Shown in pieces: positions 27,627 to 36,685 of a DNA stretch of 64,000 bases. The DNA is from a virus. Under the pieces are notes generated by a model. It saw only the letters and a program-made list of their open reading frames with translations. It had not been told where the DNA came from and searched no databases. Position 1 is the first letter of the stretch; every line of letters starts with the position of its first letter. Location: the IMG/VR virus record IMGVR_UViG_3300002835_000013; one strand, written 5' to 3'. The position numbers and the translations under genes were made by a program.

Positions 27627-28210
27627 TACTTGTACCAGAAGAAAGTGGAGTTGGTAGATAGATTGATAGGTGAAGTAATCTTGTGCTTGTCTCTGAAATC
27701 ATTCACAGCACGATAAACAGCATCGATAGAACTATAATCGTGTCCACAAAAGAAACCACCTGGCTTTAGAAATGGATAGTATGCCTCACAGTCAGCTAGT
27801 GTCGCTTCGTATGAATGATCGCCATCAACAAAGATAAAGTCAACTAGTGTATCAGTGAAGTTACTTGCTGCCTCTGTGGATGTTTCTCTAATCATCCTAA
27901 CCCGATCACCATATGGCTCTAGGTTCTTCTTGGCAGCATCCATAAATCTATCAACATCATTCTGTGTAATCTCACCATTCCAATCCTGATACGCCTTGTA
28001 AGGATCAATAGTAAAGATACGCTGAATGTTTGGACACTTCTCTAGCAGATAAGCGGTAGACTCGGCACGACAGGTACCAATCTCAATACCGGTAACATTC
28101 TCGCCAAGTCGTTTGATATAGGGAGCAAGTCCTTTTGTAGAAACCCAATCATAGGGCCACTTGCTACCCAGTTCCTCAATAGTCATAAAGTCTTCGTCAG
28201 TTAGCGCCAT
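27626..28210 (-). CDS. class I SAM methyltransferase
   Basis: EIGT, DFIFVDGDHSYE, LKPGG..GHDY. Confidence 0.88.
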   Translation of the reverse strand: MALTDEDFMTIEELGSKWPYDWVSTKGLAPYIKRLGENVTGIEIGTCRAESTAYLLEKCPNIQRIFTIDPYKAYQDWNGEITQNDVDRFMDAAKKNLEPYGDRVRMIRETSTEAASNFTDTLVDFIFVDGDHSYEATLADCEAYYPFLKPGGFFCGHDYSSIDAVYRAVNDFRDKHKITSPINLSTNSTFFWYK

Positions 28211-29108
28211 AGTTTTCCTCAATCATCTTTTTCCATTCGGGAACACGATCCCATTGGTGTAGAACTGTAATCGGTTTATCCGTCCAACATACTTTATTAT
28301 CTATGACAGTATATTCTAAGTCATTTATAAAGTCAATCTTCATATTAGGATTTCTAATATATTCTTCTCCGATACCACCAGAACCAGCCTTGATGGCATT
28401 CATAGATGTTCCTGCGTGAAGCACCCATGCACAAGCGGGACTGGAAAAGTATGTAGAAAAACTATATACTTCCAAATTTAGAATGATGTTTAGTGCCGCC
28501 TGATCAGGACCACCACCACCTTCGACATGAGGATTTAGACCACGACAGATAAGCCAAATGTTCTGACACAAATCACTTATAGCATTCAACTCACCAGCAA
28601 TAACACCAGCACAGTAAATAGGAAGATCCTTATGCTTTTCGTAGAAGTATTCACCAAAGGCTGTCTTGATATTGTTCTTTCCCCATGGTTCATTTTCATA
28701 TGTTAGATTTTCAGAACCAACGAGAATGTTTGCGTCATGGATAAAGTATTCATCTAACCATGTTGTTGGATTAGTCTGAAACACAACATCTCTAACATCG
28801 GTGATGATAACTCTATTCACGTCATCTGGAGTTTGAAGCATAGAAAGAAAATGATGGATATACATGAACCTATCCACCATGATGTTGCTTTTGTTCTCAA
28901 ACACAAAACCTTTAGTTTCATCATACTCGCTACAACCGATCAACATAAACTGTTTCTCGGTAAGTTTCTTTGCTGTAGCAGCATCCATATTATAAACGAT
29001 TAGTGCCTTGTATCCGTCGAAACCAGATTGCTCAATGGAGTTTGACCAATACTTTATCTTGTCCCAGTCGTAGTTATCTACTACGCCAACTATCAAATCT
29101 TTTGCCAC
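28197..29108 (-). CDS. putative GT-A glycosyltransferase
   Basis: TDVRDVVFQ, DQAALN, HQWDR. Confidence 0.7.
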   Translation of the reverse strand: MAKDLIVGVVDNYDWDKIKYWSNSIEQSGFDGYKALIVYNMDAATAKKLTEKQFMLIGCSEYDETKGFVFENKSNIMVDRFMYIHHFLSMLQTPDDVNRVIITDVRDVVFQTNPTTWLDEYFIHDANILVGSENLTYENEPWGKNNIKTAFGEYFYEKHKDLPIYCAGVIAGELNAISDLCQNIWLICRGLNPHVEGGGGPDQAALNIILNLEVYSFSTYFSSPACAWVLHAGTSMNAIKAGSGGIGEEYIRNPNMKIDFINDLEYTVIDNKVCWTDKPITVLHQWDRVPEWKKMIEENYGAN

Positions 29109-29839
29109 GGATATCTTCCTCCATAATATTGCTCTTGTGTTTTGTTACCTTCGATGAAAAACTGTTCTGTCACCGAGTTAGGATTGCCATCTAAACGATA
29201 GCAAAGACTATGCTTGCCATTCGTATCATACTTAGCATGGTCTTTTACCGCATAGAGGAAGTGTCTATCACCACCCCATCCTGTATGCCAGAAGTGACAT
29301 GTTTTCTGGATAAACTCTCGCTTGAAACAGAACGAAGATGTATCTATTAGAAACTGCGGACCATGTGGTGAACTCCGAGACATAAAGATTGGCCACTTGC
29401 CTAGACTTTCACAGTTGTCATTACAACGGAAGCGGCGATCAGGAGAATAGATTTGACGGAGTGAATAAGCGAAGTCAAGGTCCTTTTCTTCAATAGTCTT
29501 GACTAGCGTTTCAACATGGTCTCGTTCATACCAGTTGTCTTCGTCTAGAAATAGAATGTAATCTGAATTGATTAGATGTGGATAGGCAGCATAGATGCGA
29601 TGACCGTAGAAGTTGCCACCTGTCTTGCCTGTGTTCTCTGGCGAGACAACCATTTTTGTGTTATCATCAAGAGTGGGAATATGTTTAGATGCTTCTTTCC
29701 AATATCCAGGACCATCAATTACAATTAGATGCTGACAATTATATGTCTGATTTCTTACAGACTCAATAGCATCTTTTAGTTTTGGAGAACCAATAGTAGG
29801 CGTGATTACAGTTACAGGCTTTTCGATCACTAGCTTCAT
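29093..29839 (-). CDS. GT2 glycosyltransferase
   Basis: VITPT, SVRNQTY, FLDEDNW. Confidence 0.88.
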   Translation of the reverse strand: MKLVIEKPVTVITPTIGSPKLKDAIESVRNQTYNCQHLIVIDGPGYWKEASKHIPTLDDNTKMVVSPENTGKTGGNFYGHRIYAAYPHLINSDYILFLDEDNWYERDHVETLVKTIEEKDLDFAYSLRQIYSPDRRFRCNDNCESLGKWPIFMSRSSPHGPQFLIDTSSFCFKREFIQKTCHFWHTGWGGDRHFLYAVKDHAKYDTNGKHSLCYRLDGNPNSVTEQFFIEGNKTQEQYYGGRYPWQKI

Positions 29840-29901
29840 AATATAACCTCATAAAGAGAAGACAGGGACTTGCGTAAGCAGAGGCCCCTGCCGTGTTATT
29901 C

Positions 29902-30441
29902 TTATTTAGTCTTTGGTGTTAGAGCATCTGTCCAACTTTTTACGCCTTCGGTCAGAAATTGCTTCGTTGCTTCCTGAACACCAAACGGATCAAGAATGTC
30001 AATCTTCTTGGCCTTATTCTCTTCTGGAACAAAACGCTCCAAGAAAATCTTTAGCATACCATTGGCAAGTTCCGCATTCTTGACTTCGACCTTATCAGCA
30101 ATGGTGAACTTCCGAGTGAAAGCACGATTAGCAATTCCTTTGTGAAGGTAGTCGCCTTCCTCTGCCTCAGTGCTTCCTGTAATAGACAGGACATCATTCT
30201 TTAGTTCGATATCAAGGTTATGCTTACCAAAACCAGCAACAGCCATTTCGATCACATAATGTTCCTCATCAATCTTCTTTACATTGTATGGAGGATAAGA
30301 TGGAATCTTTGGAACATATTCATTTGCCTCGGCGATTTGCTGGAGCACCCGATCAAAGCCGATAGCGCCCTTTGAAATGTCGTTAGCAAATGTGAAAGGA
30401 TCAAACCAGAAACGGTCTGTGGAACGATTATTATTACCCAT
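29902..30441 (-). CDS. hsp20: small heat-shock protein (IbpA-like)
   Basis: YPPYN, IEMAVAGF, YLHKGIANRAFTRKF, NGMLKI. Confidence 0.95.
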   Translation of the reverse strand: MGNNNRSTDRFWFDPFTFANDISKGAIGFDRVLQQIAEANEYVPKIPSYPPYNVKKIDEEHYVIEMAVAGFGKHNLDIELKNDVLSITGSTEAEEGDYLHKGIANRAFTRKFTIADKVEVKNAELANGMLKIFLERFVPEENKAKKIDILDPFGVQEATKQFLTEGVKSWTDALTPKTK

Positions 30442-30445
30442 GTGT

Positions 30446-30495
30446 TTCTCCTATAGTTAGCGAGAAGTAAGGAACGATACCTCTTGGTATCATTC
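30446..30495 (-). promoter_or_regulatory. ROSE-like RNA thermometer in the hsp20 5' UTR
   Basis: TTCTC-G-CT pairs with AGGAGAA (SD) with a bulged G; second hairpin upstream. Confidence 0.65.
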
Positions 30496-30525
30496 TAGTA
30501 TTATATAGTAAACTTTATGCGGTTG

Positions 30526-31071
30526 TCAAGATGTATAATACTCGGAAAAGGTAAATGTTCTTCCTGTATTGGCGCTTGTGACAGTTGATCCTGGTCCAAT
30601 ACCTGTTTGCGAAGTCATGTTATTCATAACCAAAACACCTTGACCACCACCTTGATTTGCTACTCTGGATACTTGACCCATGACTTGCGAACCAATCTGC
30701 ATAATCTCACCGACACCTGGTATACCAGACATACCAAAAGAACCTAGTCCACCACCGAAGGAACCTAATCCACCATATGCAGTAACTTTATTAGAACCTC
30801 CAGCAGGCGTAGGCAATCCCTCAACATGTGTTAGTAAAGGATTGACCATATCAGGAGCGCCTTGATCCATCAAAGAAACAATCATCGGTATACCTTGTAC
30901 CAAAATTTTTTGTGGTGATAAAGATATCAATGCTCCAAGATTCATATGACTGTTTAGTGTTCCCTGAACAGCTACTAGCAAGTTATCAGCGAGAACTTTT
31001 GTATTTAATCCTGTGTCAACCGTTACGGCTCCACACAATCTAGGATCTGTTACTCTATGAACTTTTGGCAT
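30526..31071 (-). CDS. PAAR-like spike-tip protein with C-terminal extension
   Basis: HRVTDPRLCGA...H...GSNKV pattern. Confidence 0.6.
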   Translation of the reverse strand: MPKVHRVTDPRLCGAVTVDTGLNTKVLADNLLVAVQGTLNSHMNLGALISLSPQKILVQGIPMIVSLMDQGAPDMVNPLLTHVEGLPTPAGGSNKVTAYGGLGSFGGGLGSFGMSGIPGVGEIMQIGSQVMGQVSRVANQGGGQGVLVMNNMTSQTGIGPGSTVTSANTGRTFTFSEYYTS

Positions 31072-31675
31072 TAGTTTTAGGTCGTCCTCTTCCCCTCTTT
31101 GGGGCTTCGTTTATTTTTCTCATTTCTACAACTTGTAACTGTGGAATATTTATCACAACTGTATCACCTTCGTCTTGAATACCTGTTGATCCCATACCAC
31201 CGACACGACTTGTCTTTACCCCAGGTCGTGCTGCGGTTTCTACAATAGAATAAGTTTCGTCTTTGATTAGTTCGGCCTGTGCGATACGATCACCTGTATG
31301 AATGTTGATGGCATTGTCGGAGATATTCCAAATAAGAACCATCAATTCTTCTACATAGTCTGAATCAATAACGCCTTCGGCATTAGCCAGAACAAGACCT
31401 TGCTTTAGTGATAGACCTGACCGGGCGTGAACACGGACAGAATAACCTTCGGGAATGTCCAGAATGAGACCTGTGGGAACCATAATCCTATCACCAGGCT
31501 GAATGCTAATCATACCACTCATAGGGCGAGTAAAGGCTTTATTGCTTCGTGAAAAGCCTTTATACTCTACCTTACCGGCACTCTGAAACTGTAAATCAAA
31601 GCAGGCAGAACCTTCGGTCTGCTTCTTTGGAATCTGATTATAAGGATGCGTTTTCCAAATTTTCAACTGTGTCAT
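31055..31675 (-). CDS. dut: trimeric dUTPase with AT-hook tail
   Basis: SACFDL, RSGL, GVIDSDY, RIAQ, GGMGSTG; KRGRGRPK. Confidence 0.93.
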   Translation of the reverse strand: MTQLKIWKTHPYNQIPKKQTEGSACFDLQFQSAGKVEYKGFSRSNKAFTRPMSGMISIQPGDRIMVPTGLILDIPEGYSVRVHARSGLSLKQGLVLANAEGVIDSDYVEELMVLIWNISDNAINIHTGDRIAQAELIKDETYSIVETAARPGVKTSRVGGMGSTGIQDEGDTVVINIPQLQVVEMRKINEAPKRGRGRPKTNAKSS

Positions 31676-31690
31676 AATAAACTCACTTTC

Positions 31691-32101
31691 TTATTCTGTT
31701 TCGTGTCTCTTTTTACCTAGAGAATACTTGGCAACCAGATTCCACTCTGGCTTCTCCATGTATGAAATGATTTTGATTCTATTGAGAGGTGTTAGAGGTT
31801 CTTTACTCTTGTCTGGGTCGACCAGAGTTACTAGTTCCCACTCTGCTAGTAGATTGGCAATCGTATTACGACGACCACGATCCTCTTCCGAGAAGTCTGT
31901 TGGTTTGCCATCTAGCATAAACATTTCTTTGAAATGTACCAAGTAGTAACGACCCTGCTTATGTAGAATATGACAAGACTGGTATAGAGTCTTATCTTTC
32001 TTTGATGCCACGCCAATTCTGGTTAGCGTCTCCTTCACCTTCAAAAAGGCTTGTGGGTCAGGAAGCCTTACTTCCACGAAGTCTTCTAGATTTGCTGTCA
32101 T
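31691..32101 (-). CDS. regA: translational repressor RegA
   Basis: FLKVKETLTRIG, LYQSCHILHKQGRYY. Confidence 0.96.
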   Translation of the reverse strand: MTANLEDFVEVRLPDPQAFLKVKETLTRIGVASKKDKTLYQSCHILHKQGRYYLVHFKEMFMLDGKPTDFSEEDRGRRNTIANLLAEWELVTLVDPDKSKEPLTPLNRIKIISYMEKPEWNLVAKYSLGKKRHETE

Positions 32102-32474
32102 TTAAGCCACCTTTATTGAGTTTCTTCTTTATAGTTTCAATCTGGGTAGCGTCTAGCAGAACCAAAGCCTCTTTTGCCTTTTCGTTGGAGTAGTTATAAT
32201 ACTCCTTCACAGCTTCCAGGTTTTCAATGGTTTCACGCTTCTCCCATTTACGAAAAGGGCGCTTATACCCTCTAATGCTATTTAGCAAAAACTGATATTG
32301 CATGTTAGCAGGAAGACTTGGATACTGGTTCATTTCGTTGGCTTGTAAAACGCAATCGTAGTGAAACGAGATTGCCCGGTTCACTACGAAAGCAGAATAG
32401 TCCTTGTCATTCTCAAGGACATGATTTTTGGTATAGAGAATAGATGGTATAATGTCCTTGAATAGATCGCTCAT
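32058..32474 (-). CDS. gp62: clamp loader small subunit
   Basis: ANEMN, VKEYYNYSNEKA; gene order gp45-gp44-gp62-regA. Confidence 0.92.
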   Translation of the reverse strand: MSDLFKDIIPSILYTKNHVLENDKDYSAFVVNRAISFHYDCVLQANEMNQYPSLPANMQYQFLLNSIRGYKRPFRKWEKRETIENLEAVKEYYNYSNEKAKEALVLLDATQIETIKKKLNKGGLNDSKSRRLRGSKAS

Positions 32475-33409
32475 TTTACCTCACACTCAATCATGATTTC
32501 AGTTAGACAAGCAACCAGATTTAGTTCTTGGTCAGCAACAAACGCTGCCTGATACTGATACTTTGCCAGTGTAACAACAGCGGCAGGTATTGTTTCTGGC
32601 TTTAGATACTCATACAGGTTATCATACACGGAACGATAAATGCGTGATGGATCAATGTCAGAGTTTAGCACAACCCACTTACGCATAGCGGTAAAGTCTT
32701 TACCCTTTAGTGCTTTGATTAGATCGTCAAGGCTGCGAACGCTGTCAAGTTGAGCAGCAAGACCAGCATCAATGCTTCCAGAAACAGAATACCGTTGTAG
32801 TTCATTGAGAGTCCTACGATAGTCTGGAAAATACTTTTCAACAACCTTGACAAGGACTTGCTTATCATATTCAACACCTTCATCATTTAGGATTTGCTGT
32901 AGCCGCTTGAACATCTTCGAGGCCATGGAAGGTCTCTCGGTATTCTTCAAGGTAAAGTCAACGACGGAACATCTAGAATGAATAGCGTCTTTGATCTTTG
33001 CCTTGAAGTTACATGTGAAAATGAAAGAACAGTTGGACGAAAACTTTTCAATAACGCCTCTAAGAGCATCTTGCGTATCTGGTGTAAGACCGTCGGCTTC
33101 GTCTAGAATGATAACCTTACGACCACCAGTTAGCGATACGGTTGACGCATAACCCACAACCTTAGTTCTTAGAACATCGATACCTCTTTCTTCTGAGGAG
33201 TTGATGAAAAGATAGTTACAACCGATTTCATCACACATTGCCATAGCGGCTGTAGTTTTACCACAGCCAGCAGGACCTGATAGGAGAAGATTTGGAATCT
33301 CTCCGTCTTTTACATACTGTAGAAACGTTTTCTTGATGCGGTCAGGAAGAACGCAATCCTCAACTTTGTGAGGACGATACTTCTCAACCCATAGAAATTC
33401 TTCACTCAT
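32471..33409 (-). CDS. gp44: clamp loader large subunit
   Basis: LWVEKYRP, GPAGCGKT, DEAD, SRC. Confidence 0.96.
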   Translation of the reverse strand: MSEEFLWVEKYRPHKVEDCVLPDRIKKTFLQYVKDGEIPNLLLSGPAGCGKTTAAMAMCDEIGCNYLFINSSEERGIDVLRTKVVGYASTVSLTGGRKVIILDEADGLTPDTQDALRGVIEKFSSNCSFIFTCNFKAKIKDAIHSRCSVVDFTLKNTERPSMASKMFKRLQQILNDEGVEYDKQVLVKVVEKYFPDYRRTLNELQRYSVSGSIDAGLAAQLDSVRSLDDLIKALKGKDFTAMRKWVVLNSDIDPSRIYRSVYDNLYEYLKPETIPAAVVTLAKYQYQAAFVADQELNLVACLTEIMIECEVK

Positions 33410-33560
33410 TCATTGTCCTCATATCGCATAGCATTCATATACATTATAATAGAGATTAGAAGGAAAGGCAACCAATGATTGATATCGTTGTGATCAACAA
33501 TCCAAAAATACATTGCCAAGATAAAGTCTATTGCTCCCATAATCTCAAAGATTAGTGCCA

Positions 33561-33857
33561 TCATGGTCCTGTCTTCCTCAAAACTTCATCATAGAAGGAT
33601 TCAAACTGATTGTTCTCTTCCACTTCATCATTGAAGTTGGCCTTGAAATATACCTTGGCGAGACGACGGATCATCTTCTTATCAACACCGAGTTTATCAA
33701 ATGTCTCGTTGATAATCTCCTTCTGGAGATCACGCTCGGCACCAACACGGGTCATGGAGTCATTCATCTCCATGATTGCCTTGCGAAGCACCTTCTTGTC
33801 TTCTGGAGAAAGAGCCTCAACAGAAGTAGTCGCACTATTATGACCGATCATACCCAT
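33561..33857 (-). CDS. DsbA/GapR-like dsDNA-binding protein
   Basis: IGHNS start, coiled coil, LGVDKKMIRRLAK. Confidence 0.65.
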   Translation of the reverse strand: MGMIGHNSATTSVEALSPEDKKVLRKAIMEMNDSMTRVGAERDLQKEIINETFDKLGVDKKMIRRLAKVYFKANFNDEVEENNQFESFYDEVLRKTGP

Positions 33858-34015
33858 TAGTCCACCTCAATGATTGCCGAAGGATTTACACAATTGTTGG
33901 CGACAGGAACACCGCCAGCATCAAGACATTTCTTATTCCACTTTGTATCCATGATGATTAGATAGACCATCAAAATCGTCACTAGAGCCATAGGAACAAA
34001 AAAGAAACACTTCAT
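33857..34015 (-). CDS. small membrane protein, paralog B
   Basis: TM helix plus CLDAGGVPVANNCVNPSAI. Confidence 0.65.
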   Translation of the reverse strand: MKCFFFVPMALVTILMVYLIIMDTKWNKKCLDAGGVPVANNCVNPSAIIEVD

Positions 34016-34173
34016 TACTTTGTCTCCACGATTGCCGAAGGATTGATACAAGTGGTTCCTACTAGAACGCCACCAGCATCTTTACATTCCTCTTCCACAA
34101 CGCCAGCTCCATAAAACAAAACGAATATGAATGTGACAACGACACCTGCCAAGAAGTATAGAAATGATTTCAT
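34015..34173 (-). CDS. small membrane protein, paralog A (52 aa, not in ORF track)
   Basis: TM helix plus CKDAGGVLVGTTCINPSAI; TAATG coupling at both ends. Confidence 0.65.
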   Translation of the reverse strand: MKSFLYFLAGVVVTFIFVLFYGAGVVEEECKDAGGVLVGTTCINPSAIVETK

Positions 34174-34826
34174 TACTTTGTCTCCAGTGCGATGAAATAC
34201 TTTAGATTACCATTAGCATTCACAAACTTAGCAAAAGCACCTGCCTGAATCTCAACATTGTAATCATCAGGAAGCAACTTTAGATTTTCGGTCTTGAATG
34301 TGGCTGTGAAGTCTGAACCAGCATAGTCGCCAATCTTCATAACACCATCGTTAGATGTGTCGTTTGCCTTCTCATGAATCTTGAGAAGCAAAGTGCCTTC
34401 CTTGCCGACAACAGAAAGATTAGGTAGATTGATCATGGTTGCTACCTTTAGAAGTTTCTGTGAAGTAGCACTTGGTAGAGAGAACTTTGTGGTGATATCC
34501 TTGAGAACAAGTTCCTTATCTGGAGGAGTGATAACAAGATTGGTAGAACAACCACGATAGAAAACTGATAGTTCACCATCATTTAGAACAACCAGATTAT
34601 CACCAAATGAGATATCAGGATTCTTTAGAGTGGTAACGATACCTAGAAACTGATTTAGATCATAGATGCCAAACTCCTGCGGAATGTTATCTTCTAGAAT
34701 CGCTTCCACAAGAATAGACTTTTCAGGTGAGATTGTTTTCTGAACTGTTCCTGCCTTTAGAACGACTCCGCTATTGATGGATGCGAAGTTCTTTAGAACG
34801 GAAAGGGTATTTTCACTTAGCTTCAT
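34173..34826 (-). CDS. gp45: sliding clamp
   Basis: MKLSENTLSVLKNFASIN, FGIYDLNQFL, YFIALE. Confidence 0.96.
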   Translation of the reverse strand: MKLSENTLSVLKNFASINSGVVLKAGTVQKTISPEKSILVEAILEDNIPQEFGIYDLNQFLGIVTTLKNPDISFGDNLVVLNDGELSVFYRGCSTNLVITPPDKELVLKDITTKFSLPSATSQKLLKVATMINLPNLSVVGKEGTLLLKIHEKANDTSNDGVMKIGDYAGSDFTATFKTENLKLLPDDYNVEIQAGAFAKFVNANGNLKYFIALETK

Positions 34827-34838
34827 TATATGCTCCTG

Positions 34839-35432
34839 TTAGAGTGTATGCATCATTTTATATTCTTTTTCGAGACCTGTCAAGAGGTCTGAAACGCACA
34901 TTTTCAGTTCATCAATGTTCTTATCATTATGAATAGTCCTGTCCGGTTCATATGAGTTCCATGCTGTCTCTGAAATATGCATCGTGGAAAGTTGTTCAGG
35001 CGTAGGATCTTCTCCACGTTTGACACGAACAAGGACACCACCGGCACTCCGAACGAAATCAATTTCATTAGGAAAACGAACGTCGGATATAACCACGTCT
35101 TGATATCCAGCAATGCGTTTCTCTAATGCGGCAATCCAAATGTTATCCGCAATACCATGACGACATGCTTCGGTACCCATCTTCTGGAGAATGAGACGAG
35201 GAGTCACCTCATATCCAAACTTATGTGACCACCAAGGGTCAACCCTTTCACGAAATGCTCTTGATGCGTTTGAGTCTCCTTCTAGTAGACCACGAGGCCA
35301 TAGAAAGATAGATGCAACTGCATCCTTCAATGCGTCAGCAAAAGCAAACTGGTGATATCCATGGTGTCTCACAAGAATATCACCAACCGTGCCCTTGCCG
35401 GATCCAATGTACCCAACAAGACCTATGATCAT
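34839..35432 (-). CDS. gp1: deoxynucleoside monophosphate kinase
   Basis: GYIGSGKGT, FADALKD, LQKMGTE, ISDVRFPNE, HISE. Confidence 0.92.
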   Translation of the reverse strand: MIIGLVGYIGSGKGTVGDILVRHHGYHQFAFADALKDAVASIFLWPRGLLEGDSNASRAFRERVDPWWSHKFGYEVTPRLILQKMGTEACRHGIADNIWIAALEKRIAGYQDVVISDVRFPNEIDFVRSAGGVLVRVKRGEDPTPEQLSTMHISETAWNSYEPDRTIHNDKNIDELKMCVSDLLTGLEKEYKMMHTL

Positions 35433-36235
35433 CGTAGATTACCACTCAATGCTGCGACCGCTGGTAGATCACCTTGGAAGCCATATGTACCGACGTGGGT
35501 TGTCTTCATCCATGGACATAGCCAAACATGAAAGCCAATCTCACGGGCATACTGACAGAACATATAATCTTCCGAAAGATAACGATGTGACTTTGGATCA
35601 ATAACAGTATCAAAGAAAGCATGAATGTATCTTGAACCATCAAAGTTAGCCTGACCAACGTGATCTGGCTTATAATGAAGGTGTGGATATTCTTCCTGAA
35701 ACTTATCAAAAACTTCACGCTTGACCATCATGAAGCCTGTTCCAATCTCCATAACCTCAACAGGTTCCGTTACTCTAAAAGATGTTGTACCAGGAACCGG
35801 ATTGAAAACGAAATCGCCAGTAATCTGATCTAGATCACCTGGATTGAACTTCTCGTTATCAACATTACGCTTTACAGCATTCACAATGTTTGACCAGTTG
35901 ATTGACTTCTTTGGATATGGACCACCGATAATGTCACGGTCTAATGCCAATAGAGCAAGAATGTCCTGTGGATTATACTGAATATCGGAGTCGATGAATA
36001 GTAGGTGAGTGCAGCCTGATCTTAGAAACTCGTCAACCAGATAGTTTCTAGCACGGGTGATTAGCGACTCATTAAAGATAAAAGAAAAGCGGCACTCGAT
36101 GCCATACTGAATACATGTGGCTTGAAGGTCTAAACAAGCCTTAGCATAAAGTCCAAAACACTGACCGCCGTAACATGGGGTGGCAACGAATATTCTTTTC
36201 TTTCTTAGGTCTTCACTTGAAATTTTGATTTCCAT
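35429..36235 (-). CDS. glycosyltransferase-like conserved phage protein
   Basis: ATPCYGG, ESLITRARN, FIDSDI, LSEDYMFC. Confidence 0.8.
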   Translation of the reverse strand: MEIKISSEDLRKKRIFVATPCYGGQCFGLYAKACLDLQATCIQYGIECRFSFIFNESLITRARNYLVDEFLRSGCTHLLFIDSDIQYNPQDILALLALDRDIIGGPYPKKSINWSNIVNAVKRNVDNEKFNPGDLDQITGDFVFNPVPGTTSFRVTEPVEVMEIGTGFMMVKREVFDKFQEEYPHLHYKPDHVGQANFDGSRYIHAFFDTVIDPKSHRYLSEDYMFCQYAREIGFHVWLCPWMKTTHVGTYGFQGDLPAVAALSGNLR

Positions 36236-36306
36236 ATTGTTCTCCATACACGAATAGCGCAGGAGCAACTAAGCCCCTACGCTATTATATAGTTTAGTTT
36301 TTCGTA

Positions 36307-36528
36307 TTAGCCAGCAAAGCGATAGAAAGCAGTGCGGCGACCGTCTACGTCACGATAGTTTGTATAGATTGTGTAATACTCACGAAGATCATAAACACGC
36401 TTGGAAACATTCTCACGAGGAACACGGGCTAGTGAAGCAACCTTATCGGCAGTAACACCAGCACCAGTGTTATACTTGCGAAGAACGTTCTCAATCTTCT
36501 CAATCTGAGACTTACGATTAGTAGCCAT
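36307..36528 (-). CDS. small winged-helix DNA-binding protein
   Basis: GVTADKVASLARVPRENVSKRVYDLR helix-turn-helix pattern. Confidence 0.65.
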   Translation of the reverse strand: MATNRKSQIEKIENVLRKYNTGAGVTADKVASLARVPRENVSKRVYDLREYYTIYTNYRDVDGRRTAFYRFAG

Positions 36529-36553
36529 TATATATTTCTCCATTCAAAGTTTT

Positions 36554-36620
36554 TGATGCTGGTGGTCGTGAAAGGAAAGGACCCGTGTATAACCACCAGC
36601 ATCATTTTATTATACACGGG
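36554..36620 (-). ncRNA. hairpin/pseudoknot RNA with loop antisense to the cobS and cobT RBS
   Basis: 13-bp and 11-bp interleaved stems; CTTTCCTTTCACGA complementary to the mRNAs at 37917-37930 and 40221-40232. Confidence 0.65.
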
Positions 36621-36685
36621 CATTCATTATAGAGTCACAGCCATGCGACTCCGTTTTTGTCTATCTGTAAACCGTATTCATCTAT

